A stretch of 64,000 nt of DNA from Octopus vulgaris (lineage: Eukaryota): the NCBI GenBank assembly GCA_951406725.2, contig OX597815.1:180110001-180174000 (forward strand). The letters are read 5' to 3'. Positions 1 through 13,031 of the stretch are shown piece by piece. Each line of letters starts with the position of its first letter. Positions within the stretch are counted from its first letter, which is position 1. Both the position numbers and the translations under genes were made by a program. Under the pieces are notes generated by a model. It ran no database searches. It saw nothing but the letters and a program-made list of their open reading frames with translations, and had not been told where the DNA came from.

Positions 1-243
1 AAACTGAAAGAAGCCCATTATAGATATGTGACAGTCTGTGTCTGAGTTTTTGTGTTTGTACCCCAGCAGCATTTAACAATGGGTCTTCGTGTATTTATGT
101 TTCTGTAACTTAGGGGTTTGGCAAAACAGACCAATAGAATAAGTGAATAAGTATTAGGTTTTACAAAATGATTATTAAGTACTGGAGTCAATTCGTTCAG
201 CTAAAATTCTTCAAGGTCACAGTCTAATGACTGAAACAAGTAA
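1..243 (+). mobile_element. SINE family A, 3' part (cut by the window edge)
   Basis: Shares aaactgaaagaagccc ... atagaataagt ... atgactgaaacaagtaa with the full copies. Confidence 0.75.
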
Positions 244-1115
244 ATGATCAGACATAAACGATAATAAATTTGCCAAACTGTAACCTCTCAGGCACTTAAA
301 AAGAGATACAAACGAAAGAAAACGAAACACCATATTTAAATCCATTTCTACTCAAGCTGACACATGTACAAGAACGTATTATCAGAAATTTATTTATGTC
401 TTATATGACAGGAAAAGTTTCTTAAAAAACATGAATACCAAAGGAAGTGTGAAATGTCTGAGTTTCCAAAGAACTTCGAAATACCAACGATTAGCAAAAG
501 GAGTTATTTATTGTTGGAGTTTGTGGTCAAATTTCAAAATACAAAGCTCTCATGAATCATTCTAGATCTTACAGTTGGTATATTTATTACCTCTTATAAA
601 TAACTGTCATACCTAAACTATATTGATTTAGCTGTACATTAACAAGATACGGCTCTAGTCAAATACACAAAGACAATATGAAAATGATGATTTACAGCAT
701 CTCAAACAGTTTTCCTCATTTTTGCCTTTCTTTTCTATATTTCTTACTTTGTTTAATTCTTAGAACCAAGTGCGGAATAAAAAGATGAATGACCAAATGA
801 ATAAATAAATGTCAATAGCAGAACTGCAAGAAGCAATTTGGGAGTCTTCAAATACAGACAGACTTCTTAACCATTTAGCATCCAGATTGTTCTACTAAAG
901 GTAAAACTTATTTATTCCCGTTGTTTTGAATTAATCTTGCAGCTTTGAGATTTTGGTGATGTGATTGTCTATTTTTAGAACGACATTGCAGGGGGAGGTG
1001 TGAGGGGCCAGATCAGGCTGCTTTGAACATAAAACAGCTGGAATAATATTTTGGCAGGATATGGCTGATTCCACAGTTAAACAGTTCTATATTTAAGAGA
1101 TGAGGAATTATGTAG

Positions 1116-1149
<34 letters not shown>

Positions 1150-1309
1150 TCACTGCCTGGAATCGAACTCGGAATCTTGGGGTTAGTAGCCCATGCTCTA
1201 AACCACTATGTCATATGCCCATGGGCATATGGCATAGTGGATAATAATATAATGATAATAATGTCAAAAAATACCTTAGTAATGAGAACCCAGGTTCGAA
1301 ATTTCCCCA

Positions 1310-1356
1310 AGACACCTGATGAAGGCTGGAGAGTATATCAGCCAAAATGTTGTGTT
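1310..1356 (+). ncRNA. Minimal type I hammerhead ribozyme motif (degenerate copy 1)
   Basis: gacac-CTGATGA-a-ggctg(loop)cagcc-AAAA-tgtt-gtgtt. Stems I and II are intact; G12 is mutated to A. Confidence 0.65.
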
Positions 1357-1477
1357 AACAACAAACAAGATGTAAATAATGTACATAATTCCTCATCTCT
1401 TAAATATAGAACTGAATAATAATAATAACATCGAAAAATACCTTAGGCATGAGAACCCAGGTTTGAAATTTCCCCAA

Positions 1478-1523
1478 GACACTTGGTGAAGGCTGGAGGG
1501 TATATCAGCCGAAATGTTGTGTT
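1478..1523 (+). ncRNA. Minimal type I hammerhead ribozyme motif (degenerate copy 2)
   Basis: gacac-TTGGTGA-a-ggctg(loop)cagcc-GAAA-tgtt-gtgtt. Its lesions complement those of copy 1, so the two-copy consensus has a full core. Confidence 0.6.
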
Positions 1524-1815
1524 AACAACAAACAAGATGAGGACAAATATCCGTCAAATGAAAATAATGTAAATAATGTTCAAATGTTAAAAGATTAAAG
1601 TCTCCTGGTTTGCAAAGTCACTGTCTTGAATTAGTTATCAATAAATACAAGAAAATTCTGCTAATTTCGGTAATGTATTCAGGCTTACAAAATTTATTGA
1701 CAGTAATAAAATTTAGTGAAAATAAACAACTTAAAGAAACGTTGAAAAACAAAACTCAAACAATTTTAAAATACACTATAAAAAGAAAGACACGATAGAA
1801 TAAATGAATGTTAGA

Positions 1816-1970
1816 TGCAGGAGTGGTTGGTTTGCTTCTTAGCCACATGGTTTTGAGTTCAGTCCCACAGTGTGGCGGCACACTGGGCAGGTGTCTTCTG
1901 TTATAGCCTTGGGTCAACCAAAGCCTTGTGAGTGGATTTGGTAGACAGAAACTGAAAGAAGCCTGTCGTA

Positions 1971-1975
<5 letters not shown>
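1816..1975 (+). mobile_element. SINE family A, 5' half
   Basis: tRNA-like head with B box (gagttcagtccc) and CORE-like segment, ending in (TA)n. Confidence 0.75.
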
Positions 1976-2029
<54 letters not shown>

Positions 2030-2209
2030 CTTTCTACTTACTCATTTAATGATTTACATTTTAAGGGACAATAAGACCCTAGGCAACTGAAATTTGTACC
2101 CTTTAGATTGATAATATGGCCTTCTCTTTTCAGAAGAACAATGTGCACCAAAGTTCCTCGACAGAACAAAATATGTTCAAATCTTCCTAATTTATTAATC
2201 TACCCCCTG

Positions 2210-2745
2210 ACAATGCCAGTTCCCCTTGACTGGTTCCCGTGCCAGTGGCATATAAAAAGTACCTATTTCTTTACTACCCACAAGGGGCTAAACACAGAGA
2301 GGACAAACAAACACAGACAAATGGATTAAGTCGATTACATCAACCCCAGTGCATAACTGGTACTAAATTTATCGACCCCGAAAGGATGAAAGGCAAAGTC
2401 GACCTTGGCGGAATTTGAACTCAGAATGTAACAGCAGACGAAATACCGGTAAGCATTTCACCCGGCGTGCTAATGTTTCTGCCAGCTCGCCGCCTAATGG
2501 CATATAAAATGCACCATCCAAACATGGTCAATGCCAGTGTTGCTTGACTGGCTCCCATGCCAGTGGCACGTAAAGAGCACCCACTACACTCTTGGAGTAG
2601 TTAGCATTAGGAAGGGCATCCAGCTGTAGAAACCTTGCCAGATCAGATTGGAGCCTGGTGCAGCCTTCTGGCTTGCCAGCCCTCAGTCAAACCGTCCAAC
2701 CCATGCCAGCATGGAAAATGGACGTTAAAAACCCATAATGATAAT
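2210..2745 (+). mobile_element. Family C short repeat (RTE-like motif, (GAT)n tail) with nested SINE B
   Basis: Contains gccagtggcacgtaaagagcaccc, ttaggaagggcatccagctgtagaaa and ccaacccatgccagcatggaaaatggacgttaaa. Confidence 0.7.
2263..2494 (-). mobile_element. SINE family B (tRNA head, Meta-like core, tail type 2)
   Basis: Minus strand: ggcggcgagctggcagaaac ... gagttcaaattcc ... gcctttcatcctttcggggtcgataaa ... gccccttgtgggtagtaaagaaat. Confidence 0.8.
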
Positions 2746-2796
2746 GAATTAATATTCAAACCTGTATTGCTTTATGTATTTGGAATTGTATAACAT

Positions 2797-3183
2797 TCTT
2801 TTATTTGTTTCAGTCATTTTACTGCAACCATGCTGGAGCACCACCTTTAGTCAAACAAATCGACCCCAGGACTTATTCTTTGTAAGCCTAGTACTTATTC
2901 TATCAGTCTTTTTGCCGAACCACTAAGTTACAGGGACGTAAACAAACCAACATTGTCAAGCAATGCTGGGGGGACAAAACTGACACACAATCATATACAT
3001 AGATATATATATACAAATATATATATATACGATGGGCTTCTTTCAGTTTCCATCTACCAAATTCACTCACAAGGTTTTGGTCAGCCCGAGGCTATAATAG
3101 AAGACACTTGCCGAAAATGCCAGGCAGTGGGACTGAACCTAGAACCATGTGGTTGGTTAGCAAGCTACTTACCACACAGCCAC
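2797..3183 (-). mobile_element. SINE family A, full length
   Basis: Has tRNA head, CORE-like domain, central microsatellite and CR1-like tail. Confidence 0.85.
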
Positions 3184-3886
3184 AATCATAAACATAAGAT
3201 GTTTATGATTTAGAAGAGAAGCATAAGAGAGTTTAATCAGTTTAATCAAGACTAACAGAACTCCTACAACAAATGGAATGAAATTCTTCCAAATATCAAT
3301 TTCATGGTATTTTTGGCTTTTAGCATGAAATTTCCTTCACACTGAAATCAAGTGTATTTACATGTACCAATAAACAAATGGTTAAAAAAATACTAATAAA
3401 ACCCTAAAAACCAGTAGGATTTTGTCAGAAAACCCAAACAGAAGCAAAAATACTGATTAAAGAAAAAAACTAAAAGCATTAAAGTGAAAAGCTGTACCAC
3501 TACTTGCTATTTCTAGGCTCAGATTTCTCACTTCTTACTCTACAAAAAGATAAAAAGAACCACCATTTCACAGTTTAGTACACTAAGAAACATTTCTGAT
3601 GGAAAAAAAAAAAGGAAAAACATGACCATTTATCAAAGGTCACTTAAAGGTGATCTATGCTATTTAGCATAGTGCTAGATATTTGCCAGCAATTATTTAA
3701 GTATGTATTAAAACAAATGAAAACCAAAGCTATTGATTTTCGTTTCATCTTGGAATTATCTCTGTCTTTCAAGCATTTTAGAATACTAAAAGTAATGATA
3801 ATCTTCATTGAAACAGACATGGCATCACTAACGAACCATTCTCCATTTGCACCAATGTGTAGGTGTAAAATAATACAAGATATAGG

Positions 3887-4287
3887 TGCAGGTGTGGCTG
3901 TGTGGTAAGAAGTTTGCTTCCCAACCACATGGTTCTGGGTTCAGTTCCACTGCATGGCACCTTGGGCAAGTGTCTTCTACTATAGCCTGGGGCTGACCAA
4001 AGCATTGTGAGTGGATTTGGTAGACGTAAACTGAAAGAAGCCCATCATATACAGATATAAATATGTATATATTTATGTGTGTTTTTGTATCGGTGTCTGT
4101 GTCCCCCCACCATCGTTTGACAACAGATGCTGGTGTGTTTATGTCTCCGTAACTTAGCAGTTCAGCAAAAGAAACGAATAGAATAAATACTAGGCTTACA
4201 AGGAATAAGTCCTGGGGTGTATTTGTTCGACTAAAGGTGGTGCTCCAGCATGGCTGCAGTCAAATGACTGAACCAAATAAAAGGACA
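3887..4287 (+). mobile_element. SINE family A, full length
   Basis: A box tggctgtgtgg, B box ggttcagttcc, CORE-like ggcaccttgggcaagtgtctt, tail ggtgctccagcatggctgcagtcaaatgactgaa. Confidence 0.85.
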
Positions 4288-4612
4288 AAAGAAGAGAATA
4301 ACTTTAGAAACTTTGTGAGTAAACGTGCCTGAGGTTGCCTTCGTGTTTCATTTTGGCTTTTTTCCTCCTGTTTTGTAAAGGAGATGAGATCCATTCCAAA
4401 AAGGAAGCCAAGGTCAACTGCAATGGACTCTAAACTCAAGGCTATAAGGTAGCGAGCGAATTGATTAGAGGAGAGAACCCAGTTTGAGGTTACTGTGTGG
4501 ATCATTCCCACAGACCTCAAAAGCATACAAGATTCGTAGCCTGTAAACTCAAATTTTTCCCACAACAGACAAAAACATGGTAGAACAGCATTCAATACAT
4601 TTTCACATGAAA

Positions 4613-4882
4613 TACAGCAGAGTGGGGGTGCAAAAGTAGGTATACAGTTAAGAAAAAAAAAAGAAAACGCGTACAATACTCATTTATTTTTATCAAACAA
4701 ATTAAAAGTTATGAAAGAAATATTATAGTTATGATATATGTATTATTACGATTAACGACACTGAAAATATAAAAAATGAGGCTAATTTTAAATATTTTTG
4801 ATAAAAAATAAATGAGCATTGTATTGGTTTTTTTTTTTTCCTTTTTTGTTATGACTGTATACCTACTTTGCCTTGCCATGTA
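4613..4882. mobile_element. Tc1/mariner-type MITE
   Basis: Imperfect TIRs (gcaaaagtaggtatacagt / actgtatacctactttgcc), with TA dinucleotides at both ends. Confidence 0.6.
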
Positions 4883-5230
4883 TATTTATGTTTTATCTCT
4901 TTTTTCTAGCAAATACCACTGACCTAGACACTACTAGTTTATCTTATTAGTCTTGTATCTGGAGTTTTGCGTTTTAGTACTTATTCTATCGGTCTCCTTT
5001 GCCAAACCGCTAAGTTATGGGGATGTAAGTACACCAACATCAGTTGTCAAGTGATACAAACATACTAAGATAAAATAGTCGAGACCATGTAGTAGACTTC
5101 AATATATATATATATGTATATATAAACACACACATATATATATACATCTACAAATATATATATATACATAGATACTATATGCATGTATAAATACAGATAA
5201 ACATATATAAACACACACACACATATATAT

Positions 5231-5534
5231 ATCACATGATCACGTGACCGACCAGACCATCAGATGTTGTTACACATCGCTGGTCACAATGCGTTCGCAT
5301 TGTTTTAGCTTTCGAATGACGCCACCCCGCTGGCTAAGCGAGCAGGCCAACAGAAAAAAGAGTGGGAGAAAGCATGGTGAAAGAGTACAGCAGGGATAAC
5401 CACCCCCTGCCGGAGCGTCGTGGAGCTTTTAGGTGTTTTCGCTCAATAAACACTCACAACGCCCGGTCTGGGAATCGAAACCGTGATCCTACGACCGCGA
5501 GTCCGCTGCCCTAACCACTGGGCCATTGCACCTC

Positions 5535-5536
<2 letters not shown>
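5231..5536 (-). mobile_element. tRNA-derived SINE family E (body type 1)
   Basis: Minus head ggtgcaatggcccagtggttagggcagcggactcgcggtcgtaggatcacggtttcgattccc has A and B boxes. Inserted in (TA)n. Confidence 0.8.
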
Positions 5537-5590
<54 letters not shown>

Positions 5591-7260
5591 TATACACACA
5601 TACACACATAGAAAGTAGAACAGTGGGAGGGTCAAAGTTGGTCAAAGTCACAAACATTTATTATTTACAGCTGGAATTGTACATCAATGAACTCCACACT
5701 CTAAGAATATGTCTGCCTGTTCATTCAGTAAAATGGTGCATTTCTCTACTCAACTTGATTGGAATTTAATATGAAATCAGATTTTGCCTTCCTCTGATGC
5801 CATCTGACAATCAAAAACGATGCCTTACCAACAAATTATTCACAATGAAAACTAGATATTTTTTTTTTCCGTTTTTCTTCTCAATTTTATTTTCTCCATT
5901 TGTGTTAACCTTCAACTCTTCCAAATTCCAAATAATAGCAGCAACGCCATAACACCTTTAGTACAGCGGAAGTTCATACACATTCCTCTAGGTGCTGCAG
6001 CTAAGAGCCTTAACTGATTTCAACAAATCAATGAGAATGAAATTCAAAACTAAAATGCTCTTTTGCAGCAAAAAGCAGAAAGAACTACGTCTGTTGCTAA
6101 TACCTCATCATTTCCATAAAGATTCTCAATGAACAGATGGAGGCAAATTGCTATTTCAATCAAAGTTCACATTTAAAAATGTAATACCAAGGTAGAAGAA
6201 ATAAACAAAAAAAAAAAAAAGGTGACTTTTTTTTTTATCTCTAGTTCTTCAAATTTATTATATTTTATGTTTTAATTTAATTTTGATTATAGTTATTGCA
6301 AGCAACATTTGAGAGACACAGAATCTAAATCACTGAATATAAAGTTCAAAGGACTAAAAGATTAGAATTACAAAACAAAAAAACTAGTGATTAAATTAAG
6401 GTTTTATGTGAAGATTTCTGCAATTTTTATACAGCTTATATTTATTTGGAGGTTACATATAATTAATGTTTCTAAAAAAAAAACTGCACACTATCTGAAA
6501 TTCAAATAAACGAGTGACAGAAGAGCTAAGTCATAAACCAGAAGAGAAGATATAACGAACAAAACCAAAATATAATTACAATGTTAGTGAGATTTAAGAA
6601 AAATTACACCCTCATTTTAATAAATATATTTTTCAATGCATTTTGTAATACAGAGAGAGAAGAGAGAGAATTAATAAATACTGTATGCTCAAATGATCTT
6701 GGAAAATCTATTATGAATATTGTAAGCATACAATTTATAATGCCTAAGCTGTACAATGTAAACAAATGTACATAAATGTAAATACAACTTATTGTTTTCT
6801 TTGCATAGAGAAAAATAAAGGAGATTACCCTGACATGACTTATGATTGGTCAATTTCTCCCCAGTCTGACACCAAGAGAACCCCATAAAATCCGCTATTT
6901 AAATCAAAGACAAACTAGGAGCTAGCTAAAATAGCCATACTAATTTGTATGTGTATATATATATATATATATACACACATACAGAGTTCCTGGCTTTGGG
7001 TAAAAGAAAATACAGGAGGATCAGTTGAGGATCAGTTAATTATGATTTTATCCAACATTTTTCCCTCTCAGAGTTAAGTACTTATTGCAGTGGTCCCTCA
7101 GTTTTTCTAAACCCCGTAAAAGAACATGGAAGGCTAAGCCTCCAGCCAGACCTTTTGTGATACTGGAAACTTTTCAGCACCCCTGCATGTATATATATAC
7201 ATACATACATACATACATACATACATACATACATACATACATACACACACACACATATTT

Positions 7261-7705
7261 TATTCTTTTACTTGTATTAGTCATTGTCATTTGACTGCAG
7301 CCATGCTGGAGTACTGCATTTAGTCGAGCAAATCAACCTCAGGACTATTTTTTTGCAAGCCTAGTGCTTATTCTATCGGTCTCTTTTGCTGAACTGCTAA
7401 ATTATGGAGACGTAAACGCAACAGCATCCCTTGTCAAGCGACGTTGGGGGTACAAACAAAGACACACATATATATATATACAACAGGCTTTTTTCAATTT
7501 CCATTTACCAATTCCACCCACAAGGCTTTGGTCAGCCAGTTGATTAGATCAACCCTAGTATGCAACTGGTACTTAATTTATCAACCCCCAAAAGAATAAA
7601 AGACAAAGTCGACCTTGGCGGAATTTGAACTCAGAACATAAAGGCAGACAAAAGACCGCTAAGCATTTCGCCCAGCATGCTAACATTTCCGCCAGCTCGC
7701 TGCCT
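7261..7705 (-). mobile_element. Partial SINE A (7261-7537) fused to partial SINE B (7538-7705)
   Basis: Both segments match family consensus blocks seen elsewhere in the window. Confidence 0.75.
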
Positions 7706-8550
7706 TACCATGGGAGAAAAACTATCAGAGAAATGATGATACAGAGTTCATTTCTTGATATATCCTAAATGTATTGTTATTCAATGAAGCCTTTTGCTCT
7801 TCTCTTTTTTTTTTTTTATTCTAGTTTAATTCTGAGGAAAATAATATTTCTGACAGCCATGCATTTCTCAAAGGAATTAGTAGAGTTTGGTAGTGTACGC
7901 TGAGTACCAAAGCACTTTTATGCTGTCACTTCTTATTTGATAAAACTGAGTTTGTGATAAGATACAGTTTCAACTCTCACTAACACAAAACACACACACA
8001 CGTGAGAAATATAATATTATATAATATTGATTGAAAAGTTTCCTTATTTACAAAACAAAAAAGAGAATTCAGTTTCAAGACATATGAAATATAGAAAATA
8101 CAGCAACTATATAATATATACATACATCTATATGTGGTATGTGTAATTTACAAATATGTATGTAATATATATATATATAAATGTTATTCTACCTAATATA
8201 TACGTTTTTATTATTATTTTGCAATTTACTTAATCATTGGTATATTATTGTTATTTTATTTTTTATATTTCTATTATATGTAATTTTCTAGATGGTGTAA
8301 TTTAATTGTTCATTTTGAATTGATAAAAGGTGTTTTTTCTAATTTATATGTATATATATATATTCCCTACATTCGAAACGTGGAGTAGATACAACAGGGG
8401 ACAACTGATGAAGGGAATGTTCTTTATGTTGCCTGCCTCGTTTCTCTATTTGTTTCTTTACTTGTTCGAAAAAGAAGTTTGTTTTCCATGTTTTAGTTTT
8501 TTATGCTCTCGTTTCTTATTTTGTTCACATTTTTTTGACATCCAGTACCC

Positions 8551-8606
8551 ATATATGCATGTGTATACATACATACATATATATATATACATACATATAT
8601 ATATAC

Positions 8607-8637
<31 letters not shown>

Positions 8638-8698
8638 CACATACATACATACATATACACATACATACATACATATACACATACATACATACATATAC

Positions 8699-8743
<45 letters not shown>

Positions 8744-8817
8744 TATACCGGAGTAAACACATAAATGTGAAACAAGGTGGACAAAAGAGTACTTAAATAC
8801 CAGGGGTAGAGTATAAA

Positions 8818-8863
<46 letters not shown>
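8551..8863. repeat. Compound (TACA)n/(TA)n microsatellite with an embedded 70-bp fragment of the 24658-24829 element
   Basis: Simple repeats are visible directly. 8748-8815 matches 24659-24724. Confidence 0.85.
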
Positions 8864-8867
<4 letters not shown>

Positions 8868-9385
8868 GGGGTTGTATGATTGTGTATAGAGGGATATATA
8901 TTATTCAAAGGAATTCCAACTGTCTGTTTTTTATGTTTTATTTATATTCTTTATAATATTAATGTAGAATATAGAATATATAGTATAAATAGTATTTATA
9001 GTAAAATGAAATGAAGTATTGTCTTATTGAATAGATGAAATATTGAACATCAAATATTAAAGGACTAGTATAAACATATATATGTGTGTGTGGGTATGTA
9101 CATATATGTAGGTATGTACATATATGTAGGTATGTACATATATGTAGGTATATACATATATGTAGGTATATATATATTTATTTGAAACGTGTAAACAGAA
9201 CTAGGGTATGCATGTGTTTACGTACACAAACGCGCGCACACACACGCGCGCGCGCGCGCGCATTGTAGCTCTGTTTACATAGTATGATATATATAATTAG
9301 TTTAGAATGCCGCAAGAACTGCAGAAAGATCAACCGCTATGCATCCTAAAATTATTTTTCATTCGACTTTTTTTCGCCCACTATT

Positions 9386-9469
<84 letters not shown>

Positions 9470-9635
9470 TCAGTAATAATAAAAGGGTGAAATTAATTAA
9501 TTAGGGTGTGATTTGTATGTGCCCCATTCGAGGAAAATTTAAGTATAAGTGTGTGTTTTTACTGTGTAGAAGGAATAGCTATATCTCTTTGTGCTATTTC
9601 TAAATTGTGTGTTGGTGAGGCAATTCGTTGTGTAT

Positions 9636-9680
<45 letters not shown>

Positions 9681-10669
9681 ATATATATATATTGGTAAAA
9701 ACGGTAAGTAACAAAAGAAAGAAAGAGACCTCAATATTATGTAAATAGAGGAAATTCATATATATACATATATATATATATACATTTATATATATACGGT
9801 TATCTTTCGTACACAGTCGAAATTGTAAGTTATATCCAATAAATAAATAACAAAAGAATTTCTGGAGGACAAAATGCAAAAAAAAAATTCAGAAACAACA
9901 ACAACAATAATAATATAGCGAGATTCATTCATTCATTGTTTGACAATTCTCGTGTGTGTGTGTTTTTTTTTTTGTTTTTTGTTTCTTCTTCCTAAGTGCA
10001 TCTATGAATGAAGCAGAGGGTATAATAATGAGGACCGATAAACCAAAGCTGCTCAATGATAACAGGAAGTTCATTATATACATCATCACCATGAATGTAC
10101 TGTGGTGATAATTAAGATAAAATAATCACTTTATCAAAAGACAGCAGTCCGAAGAGACTGGCTGCCGTTTTTGTATTTATTTTTTTCTTTAGTTATTTTT
10201 TCTTTTGGTTTTTGTTTTTTTTTTCCTCGCTATATAAAATCTGTGGAGGTGACTAAAATAACGGAAGATAATGAACTTTACACTTGACTCCTCAATGACG
10301 TAAAGTTCTTTTTTTGGCGACATCAATACACGAACAATAGTCGATCGTATCCGAGATAGATTTGTGTGCATTTTTTTTTTTTTATATTTTCTGTGGAAGA
10401 ATCGGATGTATTAATTATGAAGAAAATAAGAAATTTGTATTTTGATTGAACAAGATTGTTATTAGATTACAAGGACATGATATATAACAATATACAATAT
10501 ATAGGTACACAAACACACAGAGAAAATACATATACGTACGTACATAGTTATATATAAATAAATAAATAAATACAAAGGTAGAGGTATAAATGTATTGACA
10601 AATGAATGAATATAGACAAATATACAGATAGATTAACACACACACACACATACATAGAAGGTAGAATAC

Positions 10670-10691
10670 ATTATATACATTACATACACAC

Positions 10692-10722
<31 letters not shown>

Positions 10723-11015
10723 CACATACATACACACATACACATACATACATACATACATACATACATACACACACATACATATATATATAGAAGGAGA
10801 GACAGACAGACAGAGGGAAAGAGAGATACTTTGATAGACACAGATTGATAGATAGAAAGAGAGACAGATAGATACATACATACACAGATAGATAGAGAGA
10901 GAGATGCATAGATAAATAGATAGAGAGAGATGCATAGATAAATAGATAGAGAGAGAGATAGATAGATAGATAGATAGATAAATAGATAGAGAGAGATGCA
11001 TAGATAGATAGATAA

Positions 11016-11070
<55 letters not shown>

Positions 11071-11122
11071 CATAGATAGAGTGAGAGAGAGAGAAAGAGA
11101 TGTAGGTAGGTAGGTAGGTAGA
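10670..11122. repeat. Compound (TACA)n/(TAGA)n/(GA)n microsatellite
   Basis: Directly visible. Confidence 0.9.
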
Positions 11123-11391
11123 TAAATGTTAGATACAGGCATACATTCGATATTTAAAGTATTTGTTAACAATGAGAAAATATACAAAAAAGTAACTTGT
11201 GCATAAAGACTGCATAAAGACAACTCTTCAAATATTTCCCCCCAAAAAAAAATTCATTCCTAACAGGTATGAAATACATTCACAAGCACACACATGCATA
11301 GATACTTGTGGGTTACCCCTTCTCAAACAATCTTGGTAAATATATAGATAAACAAATAATCAAATACACACACTCATATATATATAAAATT

Positions 11392-11626
11392 TTTTCTACC
11401 ACATTTCTTAAAAATCGTGGTAGAGGCCTTGGTCTCGGGGCCTCTCACGTCTCCCCGTAGAAAATTCAGCTCCAAAAAGCCTCATGGTAGCAAAGGAGAA
11501 TGGACACCAGCCAGCCCAAAGGTTGGGGTGGGCTGCACCTACCTACCTAGGTTGCAATGGCAGTGAGGTAGATCCGGCCTCCCCCATTAACAGGGACAAA
11601 ACCCGGATTAAAACTCATGATAATGA
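11392..11626 (+). mobile_element. Family F dispersed repeat (RTE-like non-autonomous element), copy 1
   Basis: Close match to 13830-14116, with an internal deletion. Confidence 0.7.
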
Positions 11627-11845
11627 AATAAAATTATAATTTCATTTGAGTTTTGACCCTAACCTTTACAGATGGTTCAAAAGAATCGATTTTCAATATT
11701 GTGTCTAGGATATATATTATAGAATAATACAGCAATGCTCAGGAGATTGGCATTCAATGAAACAATTGTAAATCAATGAAGTAAAATGACTTGCTTGCTT
11801 CATTCTCCTTGGTCATAATTATATATGAACATATATGTATGTATG

Positions 11846-11877
<32 letters not shown>

Positions 11878-11878
<1 letters not shown>

Positions 11879-12140
11879 GTTTGTGTGTCTGTGTTTGTCA
11901 CCCCCCCCCCCAACATTGCTTGACAACCAATGCTGGTGTGTTCACATCCTCGTAACTTAGCAGTTCGGCAAAAGAACTGATAGAATAAGTACTAGGCTTA
12001 CAAAGAATAAGTCTTGGGGTCGATACGTTCGACTAAAGGCGGTGCTCCAGCATGGCCACAGTCAAATGACTGAAACAAGTAAAAGAATAAAAGAATACAT
12101 ATACATATATATATATATATATACACACATATATATACAT

Positions 12141-12192
<52 letters not shown>

Positions 12193-12292
12193 GACTGGCC
12201 TGGTGCAGCCTTCGGGCTTGCCAGACCTCAGTTGAACCGTCCAACCCATGCTAGCATGGAAAGCGGACGTTAAACGATGATGATGATGATGA
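11878..12292 (+). mobile_element. SINE A 3' half (11878-12095), (TA)n, and family C 3' end (12191-12292)
   Basis: Family consensus blocks. Confidence 0.75.
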
Positions 12293-12311
12293 TATATAAA
12301 TACATATATAT

Positions 12312-12358
<47 letters not shown>

Positions 12359-12589
12359 CATATGCATACATACATACATATACATACATATATATCTATA
12401 TATATATGTAGGCATTGCTTCCCACCTGTGTGATCTTGCATTCACTATCACTGCGTCTATCAGCAAGTGTCTTCTAGAATAGCTTTAAGCTGAGCCAAGC
12501 CTTGTAAAGGGATTTGATTGATGGAAAATCATTTTCAGAAGGTAAAGATAGGTGCAGTAAAAAGGGATGTTATGTAGGGGAGCAGGGAC

Positions 12590-12730
12590 AGAAGAAACTC
12601 CAATTCCCCGTCCCAATTTATCTGGAGACTGTGTGACCATTGAAATGGACTTCACCAACATGAAATGGCACATTCTTGAAAGGACTCTTCCTTACTCCAG
12701 TGAGGTTTGCAAGAGACTACACAACCTGTA
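12590..12730 (+). pseudogene. Decayed Penelope-like element GIY-YIG endonuclease C-terminal fragment
   Basis: With one frameshift reads RRNSNSPSQFIWRLCDH/EMDFTNMKWHILERTLPYSSEVCKRLHNL*. This resembles the PLE motif (RNSTxLSxxIWxLK...IKWxILxRxxPY...C). Recognised by eye only. Confidence 0.5.
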
Positions 12731-12797
12731 GTGTGTATCAATAGGATTAACGAACTTAGTATTAATTACAACCAGTGGTATGCCCTGTTAATGAACT

Positions 12798-13031
12798 TTA
12801 ACCCTTTTGTTACCAACCCGGCTGAAACCGGCTCTGGCTCTGAGTACAAATGTCTTGTTTTCATAAGTATTGAATTAAAATCTTCCACCAAACCCTTAGT
12901 CACAGTTTATGTTCCTAACACTAGTTTAATGATAACTAAGTTATTTTACTAAAGTCTTTGTTATATTTAAAATTAATTGAAAGAAACACGGAGCATCTCA
13001 AAATATATACAGTAAATAAATACAGGGTTAA
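12798..13031 (+). mobile_element. TTAA-flanked piggyBac-like MITE (family D1)
   Basis: ttaaCCCTTTTGTTACC...AGGGttaa; six copies in the window. Confidence 0.85.

Larger units (their letters stand above)
1082..1580. mobile_element. Penelope-like/retrozyme-like short element: inverted part with tRNA-like head plus two tandem ~167-bp HHR units
   Basis: 1082-1114 is the reverse complement of about 1381-1414. tRNA-like head on the minus strand at 1148-1220. Palindrome at 1203-1240. Tandem units at about 1258-1414 and 1425-1580. Confidence 0.65.
867..1598 (+). mobile_element. TTAA-flanked piggyBac-like MITE (family D2) interrupted by an HHR-bearing insertion
   Basis: ttaaCCATTTAGCAT...AATGTTAAAAGAttaa. 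The internal sequence matches the intact copy at 16490-16706, apart from an insert at about 1071-1580. Confidence 0.65.

Noticed and set aside
3887-3960. tRNA genes (also at 1148-1220, 5465-5536 and other SINE heads)
   Set aside because: A/B boxes are present, but there is no proper acceptor stem or terminator, and they continue into repeat bodies; these are SINE heads.
4329-4541. Minus-strand open frame after ttacag, phase-compatible with NCS-1 exon 1
   Set aside because: The peptide has no EF-hand/NCS similarity and there is no canonical donor; phase match is a 1-in-3 chance.
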